In this document: in pieces, positions 1-9,600 of the stretch
How positions within the stretch are numbered: position 1 is the first letter of the stretch
Layout: each line of letters starts with the position of its first letter
Source of the DNA: Candidatus Falkowbacteria bacterium S5_I03
Lineage (GTDB): Bacteria > Patescibacteriota > Patescibacteriia > Patescibacteriales > UBA12465
Length of the DNA stretch: 64,000 nt
Direction: 5' to 3'
NCBI GenBank assembly: GCA_019248265.1
Contig: JAEHGX010000003.1
Span: forward strand, 32,617 to 96,616
Notes under the pieces: generated by a model
What the model was told of the DNA's origin: nothing
Databases searched by the model: none
What the model saw: the letters and a program-made list of their open reading frames with translations, nothing else
Translations under genes and position numbers: made by a program

Positions 1-120
1 TTCAATTATGTTGGGATTCAAATCCTAAATCTATGTTAACTTTTGAAGATGATATTAACATTGATCAATTCGAAAAAGAATCAATTCAAAAAATTTATAA
101 TAATGTATCTGGAGCGCCAG

Positions 121-780
121 ATGAAAAATAAACTATATGATTTATATCTAAAATCTCCAGAGTGGAAAGTTATCTCTGATGAATGTAAAAGGTTATCTAA
201 CTTCAAATGTAATAGATGTGATAACACTACTAATCTTCATGCTCATCATTTAACTTATGAAAATATAGGTGAAGAGAAACAAGAAGATTTAGAATGCTTA
301 TGTTTATCATGTCATGAAGAAGAGCATGGTAAAAGCTTTAGTACGATTGTTAAAAAACCTCCATTTATTTTAATTGGAAACGGAAGATATAAAACAAACG
401 AAGGATACAAATCAATGGATGCAATAGACGTAATAAGCAAACTAACTAAAGTTGAAGTAGCAATAGTTCAATATATGAAAAATATATTAATTGATCAACA
501 TCAGTGGAATGTAAACAATCCAACATCTCAGGATAAATATAGAGCTAGTGTTGTGCAAGTTCCAACAATTGAAGCTCTTGCTATGAACTCATATTTAAAA
601 AAAGGAATGGCTAAATCATATAAAAATCTTGTTGACATGAATATACTTATTCGTATCAAACGAAATGTTTATATGATTAATCCAAACTTTATAATTCCAC
701 CAGAGAACTACAAAGAAGCTAATGATGAATGGGAAAAAATAATGAATATTAAAAAGCCAAAACCAGGAGCAGAACAATGA
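121..780 (+). CDS. HNH-motif nuclease fused to a C-terminal putative DNA-binding domain
   Basis: ORF track gives 43..780. I prefer ATG 121 because GGAG lies 7 nt upstream. The motif CNRC...LHAHHLTY...CLSCHEEEH fits the CxxC/HH/CxxCH HNH pattern, and the same module recurs in ORF 62061..62567. The C-terminal segment KRNVYMINPNF resembles ORF 35278..35784. Confidence 0.6.
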   Translation: MKNKLYDLYLKSPEWKVISDECKRLSNFKCNRCDNTTNLHAHHLTYENIGEEKQEDLECLCLSCHEEEHGKSFSTIVKKPPFILIGNGRYKTNEGYKSMDAIDVISKLTKVEVAIVQYMKNILIDQHQWNVNNPTSQDKYRASVVQVPTIEALAMNSYLKKGMAKSYKNLVDMNILIRIKRNVYMINPNFIIPPENYKEANDEWEKIMNIKKPKPGAEQ

Positions 781-1013
781 CACGAGAAGAAACTAAACAA
801 AATCTACATTACGGTTTACAATTTGGAACATTAAAGCCACAAGTTTTTATAGATTCAATATTTGATTATTTTGAAAATAAGAAATGTCCAAACTGTAGAT
901 ATGCTAATCTTGATAGCGCCAGATATCTAGCTATACACAAATGTTCAATGGGTGTATCAGCTATTGATTATGATTTTGGATGCACTTATTGGAAATCAAA
1001 GGATACTAAATGA
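777..1013 (+). CDS. hypothetical small Cys-rich protein
   Basis: ATGA start/stop overlap with the upstream gene. Contains CPNC plus additional Cys/His. Confidence 0.5.
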   Translation: MTREETKQNLHYGLQFGTLKPQVFIDSIFDYFENKKCPNCRYANLDSARYLAIHKCSMGVSAIDYDFGCTYWKSKDTK

Positions 1014-1240
1014 AAGCAATAGAAATTTTAAAAAAGAATGAAATGGTTAAAAAATATGTAGAGCCAAATTATTTGATTAAAGCAATAGAAGAACTTGAAT
1101 CATTAAAATGTTGTCAAAATTGTAAGCATTATTCTATGTTTGATGGAAAAATTGAATGTAAAACATGCTTTGCTATTAATCACACTAATTGGGAAATAAG
1201 ACCAATATCTGGCGCTTTGGGAATTAAAGGAAGACAATGA
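1010..1240 (+). CDS. hypothetical small Cys-rich protein
   Basis: ATGA overlap with neighbours. Contains CCQNC...CKTC motifs. Confidence 0.5.
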   Translation: MKAIEILKKNEMVKKYVEPNYLIKAIEELESLKCCQNCKHYSMFDGKIECKTCFAINHTNWEIRPISGALGIKGRQ

Positions 1241-1689
1241 ATAATTTTAATATAACAGTAAACTCAGAACCTTTTTATCCACCAAATCATTATGGAGCGC
1301 CAGTAGTAATTGTTGATGATATAAAACTAGAACCAAAAACTGTATCAACACAAATTGATGTTCAAGCACCAATGCATGTATTAAAAGATATAGCAGCTAA
1401 ACAGTTAGCTAAAACAATAATTGAATCTATGAGCCACACAAGCATATCAAATCCAAGAGAAAACACTTATTGTGATAGATTTTCATTTACTTATGCAACA
1501 AAAGATCAATTAGATATTATGAGTCAGAAGCTAGATAACAGAACTAAAGATTTATACATTACTCAAAATAAATTAGATTTGGAACAAAGCAAGAATTTAT
1601 ATCTAAATAAACAAATAGATATCAGAAATTATGCACTACTTGGATTGTCTATAATAATAATGTTTCTTTATGCAGTGAGGTATTTATAA
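1237..1689 (+). CDS. hypothetical protein with C-terminal transmembrane helix
   Basis: Overlap-coupled ORF with a hydrophobic C-terminus (LLGLSIIIMFLYAV). Confidence 0.5.
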   Translation: MNNFNITVNSEPFYPPNHYGAPVVIVDDIKLEPKTVSTQIDVQAPMHVLKDIAAKQLAKTIIESMSHTSISNPRENTYCDRFSFTYATKDQLDIMSQKLDNRTKDLYITQNKLDLEQSKNLYLNKQIDIRNYALLGLSIIIMFLYAVRYL

Positions 1690-1934
1690 TGTCAGCAGGT
1701 ATTTTATTAATTTTAATAATAGCTACATTTTTTAACTATTTAATAGTTCGAAAAAATCTAGCTAATAAACGATATGGAAACATTTTAGTTGATATATCTA
1801 TGATATCTGTATTAACTTGGTTCTTTGACGGAACCATAATGGGTATGGCTATTGCAACATCTGTATCTGCAATGATCAGTATTCATTTAATATTTAAACC
1901 TGTTTCAATCAACAAGCGCAAAGGAGCTAAATGA
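1689..1934 (+). CDS. hypothetical membrane protein
   Basis: Hydrophobic segments and overlap coupling with the flanking ORFs. Confidence 0.5.
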   Translation: MSAGILLILIIATFFNYLIVRKNLANKRYGNILVDISMISVLTWFFDGTIMGMAIATSVSAMISIHLIFKPVSINKRKGAK

Positions 1935-2080
1935 TTAAAGATATATTGCTTACAGTTACACTCATACTGGCGCTAGTTTTATTGATACAATTTTGGTATA
2001 TAAGCATGGCTATTTTAGCTATCCTTATTACTTACTTCCTTGCAAAAGGAGTAAACATTATCAAAAGGATATTTAAATGA
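1931..2080 (+). CDS. hypothetical 49-aa membrane peptide (below ORF-track cutoff)
   Basis: Hand translation gives MIKDILLTVTLILALVLLIQFWYISMAILAILITYFLAKGVNIIKRIFK. ATGA overlaps occur at both ends. Confidence 0.4.
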   Translation: MIKDILLTVTLILALVLLIQFWYISMAILAILITYFLAKGVNIIKRIFK

Positions 2081-2256
2081 GCAGAGAACGAAGACCTAGT
2101 AGACATAAAAATTCTCCACTTGAAGATGCTTTAGAAGAAATAGGTAGAAAGACAGTTTCAATAGTCTCATCTAAAGCCAACGACTTAGCACCAAAAATAG
2201 CTAAAAAACTTTCAGCAATAGAGAGACTTTTTTCAAGACAACAGAAGCGCCATTAA
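2077..2256 (+). CDS. hypothetical 59-aa basic protein (below ORF-track cutoff)
   Basis: Hand translation gives MSRERRPSRHKNSPLEDALEEIGRK...SRQQKRH. It is ATGA-coupled, and its stop lies in the loop of the 2245-2267 hairpin. Confidence 0.35.
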   Translation: MSRERRPSRHKNSPLEDALEEIGRKTVSIVSSKANDLAPKIAKKLSAIERLFSRQQKRH

Positions 2257-2267
2257 CTCTGGCGCTT
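2245..2267. terminator. hairpin between convergent genes, built from an inverted pair of the AGCGCCAG-family motif
   Basis: AAGCGCCA-ttaactc-TGGCGCTT gives an 8-bp GC-rich stem and a 7-nt loop. It lies between the end of the + block and the end of the 1446-aa minus-strand gene. The U-tract is weak on both sides. Confidence 0.5.
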
Positions 2268-2288
2268 ATTATTGTAGTTTAATTTAAC

Positions 2289-5200
2289 TTATTTAACCAA
2301 CTTTTCATATGCATACTCTGCATAATCTAATCCAGCTGGATAAGCAGCTTTAGTTAATACATCCCAAGGATTATATACTATATTTCCAAGATTCTTTGTA
2401 AACACAGACTGGTCATGAACATCATCTATATCCATAATAGTAGCTTGTCCTAATACAGCTAGCAAGAAGCTTATCGGATGATCAATAACTCCTTTTCTAA
2501 TAACTCTTTGAATCCTAACGAAATACTTCGTAAACATTACTAGCCCAATATCATTCATATACTGTAATAATTTACTATCTGGTGTTCCATACACAATAAA
2601 AGCATCTTTTACTGTATTTAAAGCCACAAACTCTTTTCTATCATAATTGTATTTTTTCTCAATCAGCTCAAACAGTTCACTATATTTAAAATCTTTATCA
2701 TTACCTAATTTTTCACTATTTTCATCAAACAAATCTTTAATAGTTACTCCAATATCTAATAATTCTTTTTCATTTTTAAACTTTCTAATCGAATGCAACT
2801 CTGGAAACTCAACAGGACTCAATCCAAGCTTTCTAATTAATTGATTCATTCTTTTAAAATCTTTTTCAGTAGGTTTATTTTGCTCAGCTCTTTTCTTTAA
2901 TGATTCATGTAACGCATATCTAGCAACGAAATCTGAATACTGTGTAGCAGTTGTCATCATTTTAAAGAATCCAGTTCTCTCAGTTACAAACAGGTATTGT
3001 AATCCATTTTTAATAAACTCAGGTTTACCATCAGTTACTTTATCAAACATCTTAGTTATTTTACTATTAGTTTTTAAATCTCCAAGCGTAGCATCTTCTA
3101 CAATTGCTTGATACATCCCAGCATCCATTAAATCTCTAACTGGATTATCTTTTAGATTATTTTCTAATATGTTTATTTTTTCTATATCTAATTTAGTAAT
3201 ATTTCCAGCATCTCTAGCAATCTTTAATTTCTCAAGCTCAGTTTCATCAGCAAGGTACTTTTTAAGCGCTCTGAAGCCATCAACCTGAAGATTCATAACA
3301 TCTATAGGGTTCATTCCCATTTGCACACTAAGCGCCAGATTAGAAACGATATTGCCTATCAATACCTGAGGTGTTTTTATAATAATATTTACTTTTGATA
3401 TTTTTACTACTTCTTTCCACATAATCTCAATTAACCTTATGAAATGTTTTGCAACAGCTGGTAAACTTCTGATAAGCACAGCATCAGCAATACTTGCATC
3501 TCTAAACCCTAAGTAGTTAAACATCATATCTCTTCTTAATGGAATACCTTTTTGAATGTCATCTAACCACTTAGTGTTCTTAGTTGAGTTATTTTTAGCA
3601 TCTGGAATAACAACAAACTTACCTTTTTTATCTTCTCTAACATTTACGCCTCTTTTTCTAGCTTCTTTAAGCACATTAATTTTAATTTCTGTTTTAATTC
3701 TATTTTTAACAGCTGAAGGCAATACATTCCATGATTGTTGGATATCTGGCTCTATACTATTCGGAGTTAAGAATATATATTCTTTTTGATTTAAATCTCC
3801 ATATTTCATAAAGTTTTTATTGTTTTTTCTAGCATCATCAAACAATACATCCAATACTTTATTGTTAAACTCTTTAGTCTGAACCTTATCTTTAATACTA
3901 GCTTCCATTCTGCCTAGTACATACGGCGCTCTAATATCCTGTTTAAGCAACGATCTCTTTCTAGCCTTACTCATTATATACCTATAATTTATAGCAACAC
4001 CTGCTTCATTATATACAGGTAGCAATGGATTATCATCATTCATATCAATAACTGCAGCTTTCATCTGATTTTCTATAATCTTATATGCTTTATCATTTAA
4101 TTTTCTTATATCTAACTCAGCTAATCTTTTTGCTTGTTTTTCATTACCTTTATATCTAACATCTAATATAGTAGTTCCTCTTCTACCCATATCTGTATAT
4201 CTTATACTTGTTCTGTTCATGCTTTGAACCAGGTGATCTTCATTTACATATAATGCCATCTCTTCTTTTGATGTATCGCCTTTATTTTTCTTTAATTTCT
4301 CTACAAGCTTAAATCCTAGTTTTTCTTTTTCTTTTTGCTCACTAACTGGCGCTACTTCTACTGTAACATCAGCATCGAATATCTCTTTTGTATATCCTTT
4401 TATTTCATTAAATGATGTATCTATTTCATTTCCATCTGTATCTTTTTTTGTAAACAATTCTTTTCTTGATTTCTCAACAAAGCTTCTATGTATAGCAGCT
4501 ACATTTCTAACCCCAACTGGATCTTTTTCAATCAATCCTCTTAATACTTCAATCTGACTAAAATCTGTATATTTTAAAGCTTCTAGTGTTGCTAGCTTGT
4601 CGATTCTCTTAATTGATGCTTTTGAAGCTTCTATAGGATTTGGAGCATTAAACATATTACCTATATTTCTTGCATTCAACAACTGAGCTTCATTTGTAGC
4701 CATATGCGTAGCCATATAAAACCCTAATCCTGCAGCTTGTGATACATAATAGTTTCCTATGGCTTTATCTTCATTCTTCCATATCTCTAATCTGGCGCTT
4801 TCAATCTCAGCCTGAATAGCTTCTTGACTAGCTAATAGTTTTTTCATTCTATCAAGACCAAAATCTTCATATATAGAACTTAAATCTGTATCCAAAAGCG
4901 CCAGTGTTAATGCTTCTTCTTGTTCAAATGTTAACTTTTTTTCAAACCCATTTACAACCAAACTTCCTATAATCTGAGCCTCATGCTCTCTTGTTCTATC
5001 TATGCTTCCACTTGCTAATGTGAAGTTCTCCAATGTTCTTTCAAGCTCATCTTTATCTCTAAATCCTCTAACTAATGATTGAAAAAAACCTTCAGGCTTT
5101 AATCTTGCAACTTCACTTAATACATTCTCAAAAGCAGGTCTTCTGTCACTGTCATTTAAAAACACATATGCGTTCCTAGCAAACCACTTAGCTCTTGTAA

Positions 5201-6629
5201 ACTTACTTGCACCCTCTGGAGGTCTTCCAATCTCATCTTTTAATGATGTGTCAAATCTTTTTATGAATCTACTTATACTATCGTTCAGGTATGTTATTCC
5301 ATCTCCTGTTAATCTCATTAGGTTTTTTCTCTTTTGGATAATAGCTGCATTATTTGCTTTACCTAGCTCTAGCGCCAGTTTTAGAAGTATCTGGTCAGCT
5401 CTAACATCTTTATCTTCTTTTCTAGCAAACTGCATCACATAGTTAAACAATTTCTCAACTATTGCAATCAATCCATTGAAAAATCCTTTTTCTTTAATCT
5501 CTGGATCTTTATATACTTTTATTTCACTCAATCTTTTTATCATAGCTTCATTTGTTAATCCTAAAGCTATGAACTCACTTAATCCTACTTCTGGATCACT
5601 TATGTAATCAAATCTTTCTTTTGCTAATCTATACTCTTCTTTTGTTCCATATTTGCTTTTAACATCCAAGAAATCTTCAACTTTTAATTCTTTTAATACA
5701 TCTTCTCTAACTTTTTGAAGCCTTAATATTGTTCTTGCTACATCTCCACCTTTATTCTGCTTTGCATACTCTGTTGCCGCATGTATAATCTCATGCACAT
5801 ATGCCTCGGCTGCACTCATTGCATTTCTTTCAGGTCTATATTTATTTGAAGCTCCTACATATATTCCTTTGTTGTAACCATCTAATTCTATATATCCACC
5901 GTTACTTTCAGCTTTTTTATTCAGATACACATTCATCTCAGGTATGAAGTCTTTCCCTGCTCCAATAAACATATCTATTACTTTTGATAGATTCTTTTTG
6001 TGTTCAGCGCTAACTTCAACTGGATCATATGCATACAATTCGTCCATGAATTCTTTCATCTTTTCAGGATCTTTAATCAAGTCATCATTTTGTTTTTCAA
6101 AATCTTTTCTATCGTTTTCATATTTGAATCCATTTTCTGAACCTAATCCTCTAAAATCTTTATCTAGTTCTACATAATTATCAACTACTTTATCTATGCC
6201 AATAAGACCATTTATTCTAGCGCCAGTTTCAGATTTTCCATTGTTTAGCACATACACATTCCTAGCTTCACCATCTCTTTTTCTCTTAGCTACAACCTCT
6301 ATATCTCCATTTTTTAAGTACTTAATTGAATCTATAGTCTCAACATACTTTCTTCCACTGTTTTCAACCACAAGCTCATTACCTTCACTAAATAGATACT
6401 TATTCATTGCAAATGTTTTAGCTTCATCATACTTTTCTTTAGCTCTTTCATTTCTATCAGCTACTTCACTTATCTCTGAAGCTATTGACTCATCCAAATC
6501 TTTACTTCGTTCTTCGTTATACCACTGCTTAATCTCAGCCACAGCAGCATCTAACTCTTCACCTTTGTACTTTGCTTCTAAACCTTTTATTATCTCATTT
6601 AGCTCTTCGCTAGGTAGTTTACATGCCAT
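2289..6629 (-). CDS. giant (1,446 aa) putative virion/ejection protein with an HExxH zincin-like motif
   Basis: Long ORF immediately downstream of the vRNAP gene. HEIIH lies at 5781-5795 in the context YVHEIIHAATEYAKQNKG, which is paralogous to two modules in the vRNAP C-terminus. Confidence 0.6.
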   Translation of the reverse strand: MACKLPSEELNEIIKGLEAKYKGEELDAAVAEIKQWYNEERSKDLDESIASEISEVADRNERAKEKYDEAKTFAMNKYLFSEGNELVVENSGRKYVETIDSIKYLKNGDIEVVAKRKRDGEARNVYVLNNGKSETGARINGLIGIDKVVDNYVELDKDFRGLGSENGFKYENDRKDFEKQNDDLIKDPEKMKEFMDELYAYDPVEVSAEHKKNLSKVIDMFIGAGKDFIPEMNVYLNKKAESNGGYIELDGYNKGIYVGASNKYRPERNAMSAAEAYVHEIIHAATEYAKQNKGGDVARTILRLQKVREDVLKELKVEDFLDVKSKYGTKEEYRLAKERFDYISDPEVGLSEFIALGLTNEAMIKRLSEIKVYKDPEIKEKGFFNGLIAIVEKLFNYVMQFARKEDKDVRADQILLKLALELGKANNAAIIQKRKNLMRLTGDGITYLNDSISRFIKRFDTSLKDEIGRPPEGASKFTRAKWFARNAYVFLNDSDRRPAFENVLSEVARLKPEGFFQSLVRGFRDKDELERTLENFTLASGSIDRTREHEAQIIGSLVVNGFEKKLTFEQEEALTLALLDTDLSSIYEDFGLDRMKKLLASQEAIQAEIESARLEIWKNEDKAIGNYYVSQAAGLGFYMATHMATNEAQLLNARNIGNMFNAPNPIEASKASIKRIDKLATLEALKYTDFSQIEVLRGLIEKDPVGVRNVAAIHRSFVEKSRKELFTKKDTDGNEIDTSFNEIKGYTKEIFDADVTVEVAPVSEQKEKEKLGFKLVEKLKKNKGDTSKEEMALYVNEDHLVQSMNRTSIRYTDMGRRGTTILDVRYKGNEKQAKRLAELDIRKLNDKAYKIIENQMKAAVIDMNDDNPLLPVYNEAGVAINYRYIMSKARKRSLLKQDIRAPYVLGRMEASIKDKVQTKEFNNKVLDVLFDDARKNNKNFMKYGDLNQKEYIFLTPNSIEPDIQQSWNVLPSAVKNRIKTEIKINVLKEARKRGVNVREDKKGKFVVIPDAKNNSTKNTKWLDDIQKGIPLRRDMMFNYLGFRDASIADAVLIRSLPAVAKHFIRLIEIMWKEVVKISKVNIIIKTPQVLIGNIVSNLALSVQMGMNPIDVMNLQVDGFRALKKYLADETELEKLKIARDAGNITKLDIEKINILENNLKDNPVRDLMDAGMYQAIVEDATLGDLKTNSKITKMFDKVTDGKPEFIKNGLQYLFVTERTGFFKMMTTATQYSDFVARYALHESLKKRAEQNKPTEKDFKRMNQLIRKLGLSPVEFPELHSIRKFKNEKELLDIGVTIKDLFDENSEKLGNDKDFKYSELFELIEKKYNYDRKEFVALNTVKDAFIVYGTPDSKLLQYMNDIGLVMFTKYFVRIQRVIRKGVIDHPISFLLAVLGQATIMDIDDVHDQSVFTKNLGNIVYNPWDVLTKAAYPAGLDYAEYAYEKLVK

Positions 6630-6657
6630 CTTATATTTCCCCTATTTTAAGAGCGTC

Positions 6658-9600
6658 CTATCGACACTCTTCTTTATTTTTTAACATTATATCTTTTGCT
6701 TGCATAATATCTTCTTCGTTTATTGTTTTATATATTTTTTTATTAAGTTCAACTTCTTTATCTGGCGCTTTGTTAGATATATACTCTTTTCCATCTTTAT
6801 TAGCTTCCACAGCAGTTTTGAAGCTATCAAGCAAGTATTTATGCATATTTAACTTATCTTCTTTTGTAGATAATCCTAGAGCTTCTACAACCATGTCAAT
6901 TATCTTCTCAAACATACTTTTCTCAGCGCCAGTTATTAGATTACCTTCAACATCTATTTTCATTAAATCTTTAATTAGTTCTGGCTTACTTAATGCTTCA
7001 GCTAAGAATTCATCTACATCTTTAGCCCAATATGATTTATTAGTTGTAAACATCTCAGGATTAGCTTCAGCAGCTTGCTTAACCACTTCATATAGTCTAG
7101 TCATCTCTTCGCTATATGTTTTACCTTTTTCACTTCTCATATAGTTATAAACAGCAGCATGAACACTCTCATGTAACTTAGTTGTGAAATCTATATTTCT
7201 TTTATTTACTTCATCTATTATCATGTTTATTTGAGTTGATGCAGCCTTAATATCCAAAGCGCCAGTGTCTTGGTTTACTTGCTCAATTGATAACATTTTC
7301 ATCATCTCTTTATCATTTCTCAATCCATCAAAATCTGCTATCGTAACAACATTATCTTTCCAATCATAATTCCCAGCAATACCTTCACCAGTAAAGAAGT
7401 CATATGCTAATTGTTTACTGTAGTTCATTTCAAACTTAACATTATCTTGAATATACTCTAATAATTTAGCATTTTCTTTTTCAATATTCTCATCTTTTTT
7501 ATATTGTTCTAATACTTGCTGAACACTATTAACTTTTGTATCATTAACAGCATTTTCTTTTGCAACATATCCATTTAACTCTAATACTATCTCTAGCGCA
7601 TCAGTCAATGCACTTTTTGAACCATCATCTTGATCAACAAATCTCAATATTGCTTTAAACAGATTTTTAACATCTTCAAATAAACTTTTATTAGATGATA
7701 CACTTTCAAATCCAGATAAAAACTCTTGAAAAGATGGATTACTTATTGCTTCAGCTACAAATTCATATGCTTCACCTTTTTTATCAGATAATCCATATTG
7801 TTTTCTTTGCTCAACTGTAGAATTTTTATAAACATAATTTCTTAATTCATTAGCTTTTTTATCTAATGCTTTATTTTGTTTCATTGCATAAACAGTTATC
7901 GCATGAGCATATTCATGAAGCATAACTCTTTGTGTATTTTCAATTCCAAAATCTTTAGTTGATGGAAATGTTAATAGTTTTTTACCAGATGTATAAGCAC
8001 TATGCATACCATATCCATCAACTTCTTTATCTTGCTTAAACACAATTGTTATTGGATTGAACTTAATACCATTTTTACCAAACATTTCAAATAATCCATC
8101 TATATATTTAGATTCTTTAGCATCAATATTTTTACTTTTAGTCATATCTGCATATTCAGAAGCCAATTGTTTAAATTCTTCATATGTTTTAATTTCTTTT
8201 TGATATGGACTATTTTTAGATGCAGGATTTTTAAACTGAATTTTTCCATTTTTTAATCCATTTAGCATACTTGTTTCTGATACTATTTCAACAGGCTTAG
8301 TCTCTTTTTTTACAGATTCTTTCTTATCTGGCGCTTTGATAGTTAATTTAGTTCTATCTTCAGGCTCAACAACTTTACCGCCTTTAATTTCATACATACT
8401 TCCATCTAATCCAGCCATATGTCCAATCTTAGCATTAGATCCATATACTAATTTTCTACCGCTTTCAGCTACTTCATTTAACTCTCTCATTTCATCTAAT
8501 ATTGAATCAAATCTCTTAACTGGTTTGTTTTTTCCTGAACGCAAACCTTCAAGCTTATCTAAATCAACTCCAAGCTTTTTGGCATTATCTCTAACCCTTT
8601 CTAATGATTTTAAAATCTCTTTAGCTAAGCTATAATCTTTAGATATTTCATATACATCTTTGTTGTATTTAATAATTTCATCTTGAGCATTATTTATTCC
8701 AGTAAGCTTAGCATCATGCACTCCAAGAACTCCACCTTCTTCTAATGATTTAGTCATAGCTGAACCATCTATATAGTGAATTGGCACAACAGCTCCAGCA
8801 CTTATTGCAGCTTGAAACTCTCTAATCATTGACTGAACTGTTAATGTTTTTTGACCACCAAACTTATCAGGATTTACATGCGTCTGAGTAGGTCCATATC
8901 CACTTTTTGCATTTGTTAATCCAGTTGAGAATATAGCAACAGTTTCACCATCTTCCATATAGTTTTCACCAGCCAATGGAGCCTTAATCATAGGGAATAA
9001 TACTTTTAGTTCATCTAATATTTTATTTTCTTGATCAGCTGTCAATCCTTTTCCACCACTTACTTTTTCAACTCTAGCATCATATGCAACTTTCCAAGCT
9101 TGAAACATTATTTTGAATGAGTTATTGATTCTATTGTTAGCCTCTATAAGCTCTCCAAACTCTGCAGTTAATATCTGTTCAACATTTGATCCATATGTCA
9201 TCTCCACAATCTCTCTAAGTTTACCAGCTATAGCTACTTTACCAGATTTAACTTTCATTTCCTTACCAGTTTTATCTTTAACTGTTACATAATTATTTAT
9301 TTGAATATCTTCAAAAGCTGTATTTTTTAATGTTTCTTTAAATGCTTTAATCTCTTTCTCTTCTAACTCTTTACCATGAATGCTATTTATAAACTTATTA
9401 GCTTTCTTAACCGCTTCAGGAGACGAATCATCAAGCATCATCTTAGGTAATCCAGATATCATTTTATACCCAAGATGTCTTTTAATCGACTTAATAGCAG
9501 CTGCATATCCAAATGTCATAAACGGATCTTTAAACAATGACCTACCTTCGCTTGTAACAATATCTATAATCTCTGTTTTTAATCTATCTTCACCATCTTC

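Noticed and set aside
6196-7144. Long + strand ORFs (6196..6684, 6623..7144 and many others such as 8336..8635, 12953..13288, 13667..13975, 14447..14863) lie antisense to the giant minus-strand genes.
   Set aside because: Their translations are Ser/Leu/Phe/Ile-rich low-complexity mirror images of K/E/D-rich coding sequence. They have no RBS and are fully embedded in well-supported genes. This is a typical antisense artefact of purine-rich coding strands.
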